From an uncultured Clostridia bacterium (GTDB lineage: Bacteria; Bacillota; Clostridia; TANB77; CAG-508): 64,000 nucleotides of DNA. Positions 10,183 to 20,122 of the stretch are shown one piece after another; positions within the stretch are counted from its first letter, which is position 1; each line of letters begins with the position of its first letter. The translations under genes were made by a program, and so were the position numbers. The notes beneath the pieces are model-generated. The model saw only the letters and a list, made by a program, of their open reading frames with translations, searched no databases and had not been told where the DNA came from. The stretch covers positions 85,938 through 149,937 of the forward strand of contig CAKPIG010000002.1 of NCBI GenBank assembly GCA_934162255.1, given 5' to 3'.

Positions 10183-10635
10183 ATGGAGGATAAACATATG
10201 GAAAAACAAAAGATACTAACACTAATAATAGTAGTAGCAATAATAGGTCTTATTGGGCTTGGAGGATATGTTGTATATGATGAAATGCAACAAAAAAACA
10301 CACAAACAAAAACTGAAACAATAAGTGCAGACAAAGAAAATCAAATTCAAAAAGAAGAACCAAAAGAGGAAGAAAATAAAGAAGAACAACCAAAACAAGA
10401 GCAAGCAGAAGGCAAAGAAGAAAAAGAAAGTAATGCAGAAGCAAAAAATGAAGAATCAAAAGATGATAAAGCGATAGCATTAGCAAAAAAAACATGGGGA
10501 AACGATAATTCTGTAACATTTAATATAGAAGAAAAGAAAGGAAATCTATATTATATAGCAGTAAAAGGCGATGGAGCTGTAATATCTTGGTATGAAGTAA
10601 ATACAGATACATGGGAAATAAGCGATTTTTATTAA
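10183..10635 (+). CDS. membrane-anchored hypothetical protein with a Glu/Lys-rich linker
   Basis: 150 aa: one N-terminal TM helix, a low-complexity E/K/Q-rich stretch, then a small C-terminal globular part. Lies between xseA and xseB. Confidence 0.5.
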   Translation: MEDKHMEKQKILTLIIVVAIIGLIGLGGYVVYDEMQQKNTQTKTETISADKENQIQKEEPKEEENKEEQPKQEQAEGKEEKESNAEAKNEESKDDKAIALAKKTWGNDNSVTFNIEEKKGNLYYIAVKGDGAVISWYEVNTDTWEISDFY

Positions 10636-10651
10636 TAGGAAGGAAACTAAA

Positions 10652-10873
10652 ATGAGTAAAGAAAATTTTGAAGAATCAATAAATGAGTTAGAAAAAATAG
10701 TAACAGAATTAGAAGATGGAAACTTAAGTTTAGACAAATCTGTAGAAAAATTTGAAGAAGGAATGAAAAGAGCAAAGCAATGCAGTAAAATTTTAGAAGA
10801 AGCAGAAAAGAAAATAACAATTTTACTTGAAAAAGATGGTAAGATTGAAGAAGAAAACTTTGAGGCAGAATAA
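10652..10873 (+). CDS. xseB: exodeoxyribonuclease VII small subunit
   Basis: 73 aa. FEE....LE.IV..LE.G.L.L..S...FE.G is canonical XseB. Confidence 0.9.
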   Translation: MSKENFEESINELEKIVTELEDGNLSLDKSVEKFEEGMKRAKQCSKILEEAEKKITILLEKDGKIEEENFEAE

Positions 10874-10884
10874 GGAGATAGAGA

Positions 10885-11325
10885 ATGAATGACTTTCAAA
10901 AGTTTATAACAAACAAGTATATCTATATACCATTTTTAGTATGGCTTTGTGTACAAACTTTTAAAGTAATATATGAATTAATAACAACAAAAAAATTCAA
11001 CTTTAAGAGAATAATGGGAGCAGGAGGAATGCCAAGCTCACATTCTGCAGTAGTAACTACACTTGCGACATTAATAGGAAAATATCAAGGTGTAGATACT
11101 CCAATATTTGCGATGGCACTAGTATTTGCGATGATTGTAATGTATGATGCAGCAGGAGTAAGAAGAGCAGCAGGAAAACAAGCACATTTACTAAATAAAA
11201 TAATAGAAACACCAGGACTTACAAATGTGCAAGTTCAAGAAAAACTAGTAGAAGTTCTTGGTCATACGCCTTTACAAGTAATTATTGGAGCAATAATAGG
11301 AATAATTGTAGGAATATTAGCATAA
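10885..11325 (+). CDS. divergent PAP2 family (DUF212/YuiD-like) membrane protein
   Basis: 146 aa. GGMPSSHSA....LAT and YDA.GVRR.AG.QA match the acid phosphatase/vanadium haloperoxidase-related family. Confidence 0.8.
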   Translation: MNDFQKFITNKYIYIPFLVWLCVQTFKVIYELITTKKFNFKRIMGAGGMPSSHSAVVTTLATLIGKYQGVDTPIFAMALVFAMIVMYDAAGVRRAAGKQAHLLNKIIETPGLTNVQVQEKLVEVLGHTPLQVIIGAIIGIIVGILA

Positions 11326-11338
11326 AGGAGGAAAAATC

Positions 11339-12946
11339 ATGACAGATTTAGAAATAGCCAGAAATGTGAAATTAGATGAAATTTCAAAAATTGCAGAAGG
11401 ATTAAATATAAGCCAAGATGATATAGAACAATACGGAAAATACAAAGCAAAAATTTCAAATAGTGCATGCGAAAAATTGAAAAATAAAAAAGACGGTAAA
11501 TTAGTACTTGTTACAGCAATGACACCAACTCCATTAGGTGAAGGAAAAACAACAATATCAATCTCAATTGCAGATGGATTAAAAAGAATAGGAAAAAAAT
11601 CAATATTAGCATTAAGAGAACCTTCACTAGGGCCTGTATTTGGAATAAAAGGAGGAGCAACAGGAGGAGGATATGCACAAATAGCACCAATGGAAGACAT
11701 CAATTTGCATTTCACAGGTGATATACATGCAATAACAGCTGCAAATAATTTATTATCTGCTATGATAGATAATCATATATACCATGGAAATGAACTCCAA
11801 ATAAAACAAGTTGTATGGAAAAGATGCATGGACTTAAATGATAGACAATTAAGAGTTGTGAACACAGGTCTATCAGGAGAAAAAAACATAAAACCTAGAG
11901 AAGATAAATTTGATATAACTGTTGCATCAGAGGTAATGGCAATATTATGTCTAGCAACAGATATAAATGATTTAAAAAGAAGATTAGGAAATATATTAAT
12001 CGGATACAACAAAGATAAACAACCAATATATGCAAAAGATTTAAAAGCAGAAGGTAGTATGACAGTACTACTAAAAGACGCATTAAAACCAAACTTAGTG
12101 CAAACATTAGAACATACACCAGCAATAGTACATGGAGGTCCATTTGCCAATATTGCACATGGATGTAATAGTATAATAGCAACAAAAATGGGATTAAAAC
12201 TTGCAGACTATTGCATTACAGAAGCAGGTTTTGGAGCAGACTTAGGAGCAGAAAAGTTCTTAAATATAAAATGTAGAAAAGCAAATATTACTCCAGATGT
12301 AGTAATTATTGTAGCAACAATAAAAGCACTGAAATATCTTGGAATAGATAATTTATATAAACATATAGATAATTTAAAAAACAAATTTGGATTAAATGTA
12401 ATTGTAGCAATAAATAAATTCAGTCAAGATACTGATTCTGAAATAGAAAGCTTACAACAAGACTTAAGTAAAAATAAAATAGAATCAAGCATTGTAGAAA
12501 GCTGGGCAAAAGGTGGAGAAGGAGCAATTGATATTGCAGAAAAAATAGTGAAAATTGCAGAAAAGGAAAATAATTTTAAATTTACTTATGAACTTGAAGA
12601 TAATATACAAGAAAAAATAAAAAAAGTTGCTCAAAACATATATGGAGCAAGTGATGTTGAATTTGAAGAAAATGCAAAAGAACAAATTGAGAAAATAGAA
12701 AAATTAGGATATCAAAATTTACCAATATGTATAGCAAAAACACAATATTCATTTTCAGATGATGCCAAAAATTTAGAATGCAAAGAACCATTTAAAATAC
12801 ATGTAAGAGATGTAGAATTAAAATCAGGAGCAGAATTCATTGTAGTAATTACAGGAAAAATAATGACAATGCCAGGACTTCCAAAAGTTCCTGCAGCAGA
12901 AAAAATTACAATAGACGAAAATGGAGAAATTGAAGGAATATTTTAA
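11339..12946 (+). CDS. fhs: formate--tetrahydrofolate ligase
   Basis: 535 aa. Has the TPTPLGEGKTT P-loop, the YGKYKAKI N-terminal motif and HGGPFANIAHGCNS. Confidence 0.97.
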   Translation: MTDLEIARNVKLDEISKIAEGLNISQDDIEQYGKYKAKISNSACEKLKNKKDGKLVLVTAMTPTPLGEGKTTISISIADGLKRIGKKSILALREPSLGPVFGIKGGATGGGYAQIAPMEDINLHFTGDIHAITAANNLLSAMIDNHIYHGNELQIKQVVWKRCMDLNDRQLRVVNTGLSGEKNIKPREDKFDITVASEVMAILCLATDINDLKRRLGNILIGYNKDKQPIYAKDLKAEGSMTVLLKDALKPNLVQTLEHTPAIVHGGPFANIAHGCNSIIATKMGLKLADYCITEAGFGADLGAEKFLNIKCRKANITPDVVIIVATIKALKYLGIDNLYKHIDNLKNKFGLNVIVAINKFSQDTDSEIESLQQDLSKNKIESSIVESWAKGGEGAIDIAEKIVKIAEKENNFKFTYELEDNIQEKIKKVAQNIYGASDVEFEENAKEQIEKIEKLGYQNLPICIAKTQYSFSDDAKNLECKEPFKIHVRDVELKSGAEFIVVITGKIMTMPGLPKVPAAEKITIDENGEIEGIF

Positions 12947-12998
12947 TATGAATAAAAATAAATCTGTTTTGAAATAATAACAACAAGGAGGCCAAAAA

Positions 12999-13829
12999 AT
13001 GTATAATTTCAGAACAGATTTAGCTTTAGAAAGAAGAGATATCTATCGAGAAATAAATAATTTAAAAGAAATAGATGGGATAGATACTGAAGAAACTCCA
13101 ATAAATGAAAACATCAAAGTTTCAAAAGTAAAAGTAACAAATAGTAATGGAGAACAAGCAATAGGAAAGCCAGTAGGAACATATGTAACAATAGATGTTA
13201 AAAATTTAAAAATTGCACAAGATGAAGAAATACAAAAAACATCTGAAACACTTTCAAGTGAACTAAAACATATAATAGATGAACATGTAAACAAACAAGA
13301 AGAAATATTAATAGTAGGACTTGGAAACATGTATGTAACTCCAGACTCATTAGGTCCAAAAGTAACAAATGAAATAGATGTTACAAGGCATATAATAAAA
13401 TATTTGCCACAATATGTAGAAAAAGGAACAAGGTCAGTAAGTGCAGTAGCACCAGGAGTACTGGGAACAACTGGGATAGAGACTTTAGAAATACTAAAAG
13501 GAATTACTGATAATGTAAAACCAAAGTTATTAGTTGTAATAGATGCATTAGCGACAAGAAGTCTAGAAAGAATAAGTAGTACAATTCAAATTTCAGATAC
13601 AGGAATTGTTCCGGGAGCAGGAGTAGGAAATAAAAGACAAGAAATAAGTCAAAACACTTTAGGAGTACCTGTTATTGCAATAGGAATACCAACAGTAGTG
13701 GAACTTGCAACAATTGTACCAGCTGAAGAGCTTGGAGACAATAATATGATAGTTACTCCAAAAGAAATAGATGACCTAATCGAAAAAATGAAAGATATAG
13801 TTGCAAGGGGAATTAACTTTGCAGTATAA
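12999..13829 (+). CDS. gpr: GPR endopeptidase (spore germination protease)
   Basis: 276 aa. N-terminal RTDLALE, GLGN...TPD.LGP and VIDALA are GPR hallmarks. Confidence 0.9.
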   Translation: MYNFRTDLALERRDIYREINNLKEIDGIDTEETPINENIKVSKVKVTNSNGEQAIGKPVGTYVTIDVKNLKIAQDEEIQKTSETLSSELKHIIDEHVNKQEEILIVGLGNMYVTPDSLGPKVTNEIDVTRHIIKYLPQYVEKGTRSVSAVAPGVLGTTGIETLEILKGITDNVKPKLLVVIDALATRSLERISSTIQISDTGIVPGAGVGNKRQEISQNTLGVPVIAIGIPTVVELATIVPAEELGDNNMIVTPKEIDDLIEKMKDIVARGINFAV

Positions 13830-13856
13830 AGCAAACAAGATACCACAAAAGGTATC

Positions 13857-14708
13857 TTATTTTTTCTCAATATTCAAATTTTTATATAAATTACAAATAC
13901 TACAATCTGTACAAATAGTGATACGATTTTCAAAAATCAATTTTAAAGTATCTATAAAATCCAAATTAGATGCTGAAGCAACATGCAAGTAAATTTTAGA
14001 AGGTAGTAAGCTTAACAAGGTATTTAAAACATAATCATTATCAGAAAAAGTAATATCAGATAAGTACTTAGCATTTAAAGAAGATTTATTAATTTCAATA
14101 ATATCTAAATTTTCATCTAAAAGCAAAATATTGTTACCATAGCAAATAATGTGTATCAAACCAAATTTTGCACTTTGAGAATTTACATACAAATTAACAA
14201 GAGATATAAATTCAAAATATTCTCTTTCAACTATAAACTCATTAACAGACAAATCTACCAAATTCTCTAAAAGAGACTTATAGTTAAACAGTCTAAAATT
14301 AATAAAACCAGAAAGTACTATAGAATGATGTGTTGAAATATAATCATAAAAAGCATCAAAAATTTTCATTTGTCTATTTATAAATGAAAAATCAGGACTA
14401 GATAAATTATTATCACAAATTTTCAAGATTTCTGAAAATTCAGAAGAATCAAAATAAAAATAATTAGACAATAATATATTCTTTATAATTTTATCTTCAA
14501 ACTCATCAATAACTAAGTAAGAAAGAATAGTAGCAATCTTACTATAAAAAAGCTCTGTATCAATACCTTTATAGTGAATAATTATATTTTTATATAATTT
14601 AAATTCATTACAAGAGAAAAAAACATTCAACATATTAAAATTGCAAAACTCATTTTGCAAATAATCAATAATATGTTCATTATTTGTTTTTATACATAAT
14701 GAACTCAT
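13857..14708 (-). CDS. putative sporulation protein, YtxC-like
   Basis: 283 aa. Size and motifs such as GFINFRL resemble my memory of the YtxC family; not verifiable here. Confidence 0.45.
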   Translation of the reverse strand: MSSLCIKTNNEHIIDYLQNEFCNFNMLNVFFSCNEFKLYKNIIIHYKGIDTELFYSKIATILSYLVIDEFEDKIIKNILLSNYFYFDSSEFSEILKICDNNLSSPDFSFINRQMKIFDAFYDYISTHHSIVLSGFINFRLFNYKSLLENLVDLSVNEFIVEREYFEFISLVNLYVNSQSAKFGLIHIICYGNNILLLDENLDIIEINKSSLNAKYLSDITFSDNDYVLNTLLSLLPSKIYLHVASASNLDFIDTLKLIFENRITICTDCSICNLYKNLNIEKK

Positions 14709-14837
14709 AAAAAACTCCTTTTAAAATTCTATTTTGAAATAGTATCTACTCAAAATCGAAAAATTATACAATATAATATTCAAAATAAAATTAAAGTGTG
14801 TTTGACCAAAAAATAAAGGTAGCAAACTACCTTTAAA

Positions 14838-16427
14838 TTATAATTTTGTATAAATATGATAATCAATATCAGGAAAAACGCAATCCTTTTTCTGAATATC
14901 ATTTAAAAAGTCTTTATCAATATTATTATTTTTAATTTGATAGTACAATTTAGTAAATCTACCAATATGATCCTTAATACGTTTTTTTGCATAATCTACC
15001 ATAGTACCATTTGTAATAATGAAAAGCCAATCACTACTTTGAGCAAGTAGAAGTTCTCTAGCAGCTTGATTCAAAGCCTTTTTTTGTAATCCCTTTGCAT
15101 TAGGATAATCAGTTGCGAGTTCAACCATTCTAGAACCAGCTTTATGCAAATGCCTATGTGCATAATCATTTGTCTCATTTAGCCAAACACCACTATATCC
15201 ATTAGCACCCCAGCTAGAACGGCAAGGAGAAGAAACTTGAATATTAGGGTATTTGTCAATATATTCTGAAGGAGTAATTAATTCAAAATTACACTCATCA
15301 TAATAAATCTTTTTAAATAAAATATATAACCAATAAGGACCTTCATACCACCAATGGCCATAAAGCTCAGCATCATAAGGACATAAAATAATAGGTGGAA
15401 CATCCATATAATCAGCAACATTATTAATCTGTTCAGTTCTAGAATTTAAGAAATGACCAGCTTGTCTTTCAGCAGAATCTTTAGCCCATTGAATATTGTA
15501 ATAATCTTTAAACTCAGTCTTTCCAGTTATTCTATGGTAACGAATACCTGTATGAACACGCACACCATTATGAGCAATATAAGGTTTTATATAATCATAA
15601 TCAGCCTCATAACCGATATCCCTGTAAAACTCTCTATAATTAAAATCACCAGGGTAACCATCGATAGAACTCCAAACCTGTTGAGAAGAAGTCATATCTC
15701 TACCAAATGCAACTAATCCTTCAGGAGAAACTATAGGTGCATATGTGCCATAAATAGGTGTAGGGTTAGCATATAAAATTCCATGAGATTCTACAATAGC
15801 ATAATCAATACCAAACTCTCTTAAATATTTATCAGCTTCAGGAACATAGCCACATTCAGGAAGCCAAATACCACGAGGTTTCTTGCCAAAATATTTTTCA
15901 TATGTTTGAACACCAACCGCAATTTGAGCACGAACAGTTTCTTCTGTGACATAAAGAATTGGAAAATAGCCATGAGTTGCACCACAAGTTATAATCTCCA
16001 AAACACCGATATCTTGAAAATACTTAAATTTTTCAATTAAATTGCATTTACATTCATCTCTAAAAAATTTAAGATCACTAGTATATCTATCATAATAATA
16101 ATGAGACAATTCATTAAGTCTAGAATCATATGCAGTTCTTTTAATTTCTTTTTCTGACAATTCAATTAGTTTTTTTAAATAATTAATATATTTTTTTTGT
16201 AACAATTTATTATCTAACATTGAAAGTAGAGGGGGAGTCATAGACATTGTTATTCTAAAATTAACACCTTCATCTACTAATTTTTGAAAATTGTGTAATA
16301 GTGGAATATATGTTTCTGAAATTGCTTCATATAACCAAGACTCTTCCAAATAATCATCACTTTCAGGATGATGGATAAATGGCAAATGAGCATGTAATAC
16401 AAAGCTTACATATCCTTTTTTTTGCAT
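14838..16427 (-). CDS. GH57 family 1,4-alpha-glucan branching enzyme (DUF1957-containing)
   Basis: 529 aa. The N-terminus GYVSFVLHAHLPF..HPE, the WLPE.GY motif and the overall length fit GH57 branching enzymes. Confidence 0.9.
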   Translation of the reverse strand: MQKKGYVSFVLHAHLPFIHHPESDDYLEESWLYEAISETYIPLLHNFQKLVDEGVNFRITMSMTPPLLSMLDNKLLQKKYINYLKKLIELSEKEIKRTAYDSRLNELSHYYYDRYTSDLKFFRDECKCNLIEKFKYFQDIGVLEIITCGATHGYFPILYVTEETVRAQIAVGVQTYEKYFGKKPRGIWLPECGYVPEADKYLREFGIDYAIVESHGILYANPTPIYGTYAPIVSPEGLVAFGRDMTSSQQVWSSIDGYPGDFNYREFYRDIGYEADYDYIKPYIAHNGVRVHTGIRYHRITGKTEFKDYYNIQWAKDSAERQAGHFLNSRTEQINNVADYMDVPPIILCPYDAELYGHWWYEGPYWLYILFKKIYYDECNFELITPSEYIDKYPNIQVSSPCRSSWGANGYSGVWLNETNDYAHRHLHKAGSRMVELATDYPNAKGLQKKALNQAARELLLAQSSDWLFIITNGTMVDYAKKRIKDHIGRFTKLYYQIKNNNIDKDFLNDIQKKDCVFPDIDYHIYTKL

Positions 16428-16499
16428 ATTTAATCTCCTTCATTAAATAAGTCGCAGGGAAAACTATTTGATTTTATTTTAGCCCTACGACATATTTTA

Positions 16500-17312
16500 C
16501 TAAAATTTTTCTGAAAATTCACCAGAAGATGGGTTTGAAATTCTATCAAAAAATGAAATATCTTCGTTTTGATAAATTCCAGAATAAAGTTGTTTGAAAA
16601 GTTCTTTACTAATATAAGGAATACTAGTTGAACCTTTTAAAGCAGGTAAATGTTTAACAATATCATATAATGTAACTGAATGTTCAACATTATTTTTTAC
16701 ATTTCTGAACTTAATTGTATTATTCTCATTTGTATTAAATAATACATGGTCATTAGGTGATTCTATGTTATTTGAATTTGAAATATAAACATAATCTGGT
16801 TCATTATTTTTTTGAACTGAATTAGGTTTTCGTCCAAGTTCGACAGTATAATCACACTTACTATCATTTATATGTAAATACCAACTATTTGCAAAATCAT
16901 TGATAGGAACTTCAAAACTATATCCAAGAGTTTTATTGTGAACAATTAAAACTGGTCTAGTATTATTAAAGAAATTTTCTCCATATTCTTGAACATAATT
17001 TGCTCTATCTTCATCTGAAATATCCCAATATACAAATAAAGTATTTGGTGTTTGATAAAGAATTTTTACAATAGTTTCATTATATCTATAAGGTAAATCA
17101 TAATATTCTACAATTTCTACAGCAGGCTTAACTTTTTTAGTACTTTTCTTTGCAGTAGTCTTTTTAGCAGTTGCTTTTTTTGAAGTAGTCTTCTTTGAAG
17201 TCGTTTTCTTTTTAGCAGTTGTAGTAGTTTTGGCTTTAGATGTAGACTTTGCCTTTGTAGTAGTTTTTTTCTTTTCTTTTAAATCTTTTGCTTCTTTTGT
17301 TTTTTCTGGCAT
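16500..17312 (-). CDS. DUF4912 domain protein with Lys/Thr-rich N-terminal tail
   Basis: 270 aa. LPYRYNET.V.ILYQTPNTLFVYWDIS is the DUF4912 core, and the gene is cotranscribed with the GH57 enzyme as in other genomes. Confidence 0.7.
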   Translation of the reverse strand: MPEKTKEAKDLKEKKKTTTKAKSTSKAKTTTTAKKKTTSKKTTSKKATAKKTTAKKSTKKVKPAVEIVEYYDLPYRYNETIVKILYQTPNTLFVYWDISDEDRANYVQEYGENFFNNTRPVLIVHNKTLGYSFEVPINDFANSWYLHINDSKCDYTVELGRKPNSVQKNNEPDYVYISNSNNIESPNDHVLFNTNENNTIKFRNVKNNVEHSVTLYDIVKHLPALKGSTSIPYISKELFKQLYSGIYQNEDISFFDRISNPSSGEFSEKF

Positions 17313-17501
17313 TTTTTATCCTCCTATGTGAAAAGACAATATTTCCTATATACTATACTAAATTGAAAATAAATTCAAGAGAAAATTGAAAAAATGTGCA
17401 AAAAATTTGGTTTGAAATTTATTGACAAAATAAGATAAATAAGTATAAAATAAAACAAAATGTTTTAAAATAAACATATCAAAAGAAGAAAGGATGGGAA
17501 A

Positions 17502-19217
17502 ATGAGAAAAAAGCAAAAAAGAACAGAAAGAGGAATAACACTAATAGCTTTAGTCGTAACAATAGTAGTGCTATTAATATTAGCAGGAACGACAATTGCA
17601 ATGCTGACAGGAGATAATGGGATAATAGCAAAGGCAGCAAAAGCAAAAGAAGCAACAGATAAAGCGGCAAGTGAAGAAGAGTTAGGATTGCAAAGAACAT
17701 TACAAGAAATAGCAAGTAGAGTACCATCAGTAGAAGGATATAATGATATAAAAAAAGTAAATAGCCCCAAATTAGCAGAGGGAATGATACCGGTAAAATG
17801 GAATACAAACAAAAATGTATGGGTTGTATGTGATGAAAACGATCCAACTTGGTATAACTATGACTCAAAAGAATGGGCAAATGTAATGTTGAGAGATGGT
17901 AGCAAGTATACACCAGGAAAAGATGTAGAAGAAGGAACAGAAATAGCTGATAAAGACTTAGGAAGCATGTACGTATGGATACCAAGATATGCGTATACAA
18001 TAACTAACACAAATAATAAAATAAATGTAACATTTGTAAAAGGAAACACAAATGAAGGAGTAAACGGAGAAATATTCACAACAGATGAAAGTGTAGACAC
18101 AACATCAACAAAATTAATACATCCAGGGTTTAATTTAGGAGGAAGTCCACTAACAGGAATATGGGTAGCAAAGTTTGAAGCAAGTGGAGTAGATGATAAT
18201 GGGAATGCAGTAGGAAATGCAAGCGAAAATAGTACAACTCAAATATATGCACCAAATACTAATACAATCGCACAAAGTCTACCAAATAGAATAAGCTGGA
18301 GACATATAACAATTGGAGAATGTGAACAAAGAAGCATGGAAGTTGCGACAAAAGATAGTTTTGGATTGAAAAATGCAAATAGCCACTTAATGAAAAATAG
18401 TGAATGGGGAGCAGTAGCATATTTATGTTATAGTGATTATGGAAGTGTACCACAAATAAATGCAGCAGGAACAATAAAAACGACACCATATTGGTACGCA
18501 TATGATATGTATGCAGGACAAGGACCAAAAACAAATGATTCAAACAATTATAGTACAACAAACGGAATGCTAGCAAGCACAACAGGAAATACAACAGGAG
18601 TATATGACATGAATGGTGGAGCATGGGAATATGTGGCAGCATACATAGATAATGGAAATAGTAATTTGAATAGTGGTAAAAGTTATTTCGAAAATCAAAA
18701 AGTAAAATCAATATATGCAAGCTTATGGGACGAATATGAAGCGAGTGAAGAAGAAAAGAAGAATAAAATTAAAATAGATGACCAGACAGAATTAACTCAA
18801 AGTGGATTATGGGGAGATTCTACTAATAAATTAGTAGAAATAAAATATCAAAATGCAAGAAAGAGATTGACACAAGCAGTATTTGATGGAATGGCAAAAC
18901 ATAAAGGAATAGGAGTAAATGAAATGACAACAACATTCTCATATTATACAGCATATCAAAATACAAATGGAGATTATGCACGAGGATGGTTTGTAGACCC
19001 AGAAGTAGCTGCAGCGGAGAAGACAAAAGAACAATATATATCAGGAGTAGCAAGATCATGGGATAATGATTTAATACGTATCGGGCATTCGTCTCGTCCG
19101 TTCGTGTACCGTGGTGGCGGTTTCAGTATCGGCGGTGGTGCTGGTGTATTCTATTCAGACGCGAGCTACGGTTACGGCGATAGCAGCAGAGGGTTCCGTC
19201 CAGTCGTTGTGGTGTAG
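17502..19217 (+). CDS. prepilin-like large surface protein with C-terminal FGE-sulfatase/C-type-lectin-like domain (putative pilus-displayed adhesin)
   Basis: 571 aa. The N-terminus MRKKQKRTERG/ITLIALVVTIVVLLILAG...MLTGDNGII is paralogous to the pilins at 25.8-27.2 kb. YVWIPRYAY, GIWVAKFEAS, NSEWGAVAY and the terminal RGGG...GFRPVVVV resemble the FGE-sulfatase/CLec fold. The last 141 nt are compositionally aberrant (see findings). Confidence 0.7.
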   Translation: MRKKQKRTERGITLIALVVTIVVLLILAGTTIAMLTGDNGIIAKAAKAKEATDKAASEEELGLQRTLQEIASRVPSVEGYNDIKKVNSPKLAEGMIPVKWNTNKNVWVVCDENDPTWYNYDSKEWANVMLRDGSKYTPGKDVEEGTEIADKDLGSMYVWIPRYAYTITNTNNKINVTFVKGNTNEGVNGEIFTTDESVDTTSTKLIHPGFNLGGSPLTGIWVAKFEASGVDDNGNAVGNASENSTTQIYAPNTNTIAQSLPNRISWRHITIGECEQRSMEVATKDSFGLKNANSHLMKNSEWGAVAYLCYSDYGSVPQINAAGTIKTTPYWYAYDMYAGQGPKTNDSNNYSTTNGMLASTTGNTTGVYDMNGGAWEYVAAYIDNGNSNLNSGKSYFENQKVKSIYASLWDEYEASEEEKKNKIKIDDQTELTQSGLWGDSTNKLVEIKYQNARKRLTQAVFDGMAKHKGIGVNEMTTTFSYYTAYQNTNGDYARGWFVDPEVAAAEKTKEQYISGVARSWDNDLIRIGHSSRPFVYRGGGFSIGGGAGVFYSDASYGYGDSSRGFRPVVVV

Positions 19218-19352
19218 TGCTTTTGGATGCAAGCTTATGTTGATTATAAAAACGAAAAAAGTTTGTCAAGATTAGTTGTTACACGGAAATTTTTATTTGA
19301 ATACTTTATTCTGATAATTGATAAATATTCAAATAAAATTCCAAAACACCTA

Positions 19353-19515
19353 TTGACAAAGATAAACAAAAATGGTAAAATAAATACTGTTACAAGAAGA
19401 AGTTATCCACTTCTCACCTTATCTATGAGGAAAAAGGTTAGAAAAAATAAGTTATAATAGTAATTATATCTATATTTTTGTGGAATTGGCTTGTAACAAA
19501 GGCCAATTTTTTTTG
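19353..19515 (+). promoter_or_regulatory. infC operon promoter plus L20-leader-like transcription attenuator
   Basis: TTGACA (19353-19358), a 17-nt spacer, then TAAAAT (19376-19381). Downstream, the hairpin aattggc...gccaatt (19484-19508) is followed by a T8 run before infC, the position occupied by the L20 leader in Firmicutes. Confidence 0.5.
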
Positions 19516-19570
19516 GCAAAGAAAAGATTAAAAATCACTTTTCTAAAAGCAAAAATAACGGAGGTGTTTT

Positions 19571-20083
19571 ATTATAAAACAAGAATTACCTATAAATGGG
19601 CAAATAAGAGCCAAAGAAGTTCAATTAATAAGTGATGATGGAGAAAAATTAGGAATGGTGCCAATATCAAGAGCACTAGAAATTGCAGGAGACAAAAAAT
19701 TAGATTTAGTATTAGTTGCACCAAATGCAGAAGTACCAGTTTGTAAAATAATGAATTATGGTAAATACAAATTTGAGCAAGCAAAAAAAGAAAAAGAATC
19801 TAAGAAAAAGCAAAAAGTTCAAGAAACAAAAGAACTAAGAATCACACCTAATATTGAAGAACACGACTTTGGATTCAAAGCAAAAAATGCAAGAAAATTT
19901 CTAGAAGATGGTAACAAAGTTAAAATAACAGTAAGATTCAGAGGTAGAGAATTAAACAACACAAAAATGGGAGAAAATGTTTTAAATCAATTTATTGAAA
20001 CATTAGAAGACATTTCAACAGTAGAAAAAAAGCCAAAACTAGAAGGAAAAAATATGTTTATAATTTTAGCTAAAAAAGCTTAA
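19571..20083 (+). CDS. infC: translation initiation factor IF-3, with non-canonical ATT start
   Basis: The frame is open from 19559. GGAGGTG precedes an in-frame ATT at 19571, giving IIKQELPINGQIRAKEVQLISDDGEKLGM..., the conserved IF-3 N-terminus. The track ATG at 19655 would truncate it. An AUU start is the known autoregulatory feature of infC. Confidence 0.9.
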   Translation: MIKQELPINGQIRAKEVQLISDDGEKLGMVPISRALEIAGDKKLDLVLVAPNAEVPVCKIMNYGKYKFEQAKKEKESKKKQKVQETKELRITPNIEEHDFGFKAKNARKFLEDGNKVKITVRFRGRELNNTKMGENVLNQFIETLEDISTVEKKPKLEGKNMFIILAKKA

Positions 20084-20122
20084 CAGCTTAATATATAAAA
20101 ACATTCGAAAGGAGTAAAAACT

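Noticed and set aside
19077-19217. The GC-rich block as an embedded tRNA/rRNA fragment, integration site or foreign insertion rather than coding sequence.
   Set aside because: The reading frame runs through it without interruption to a stop codon. It encodes the expected C-terminal GFR.V motif of the FGE/CLec-like domain, and no cloverleaf or repeat boundary is visible. The anomaly lies in base and codon choice, not in coding continuity.
19227-19457. 76-aa ORF immediately downstream of the pilin-like adhesin gene.
   Set aside because: It spans the infC promoter (TTGACA at 19353) and the leader region, has no RBS, and has a Lys/Leu-rich composition typical of AT-rich non-coding DNA.
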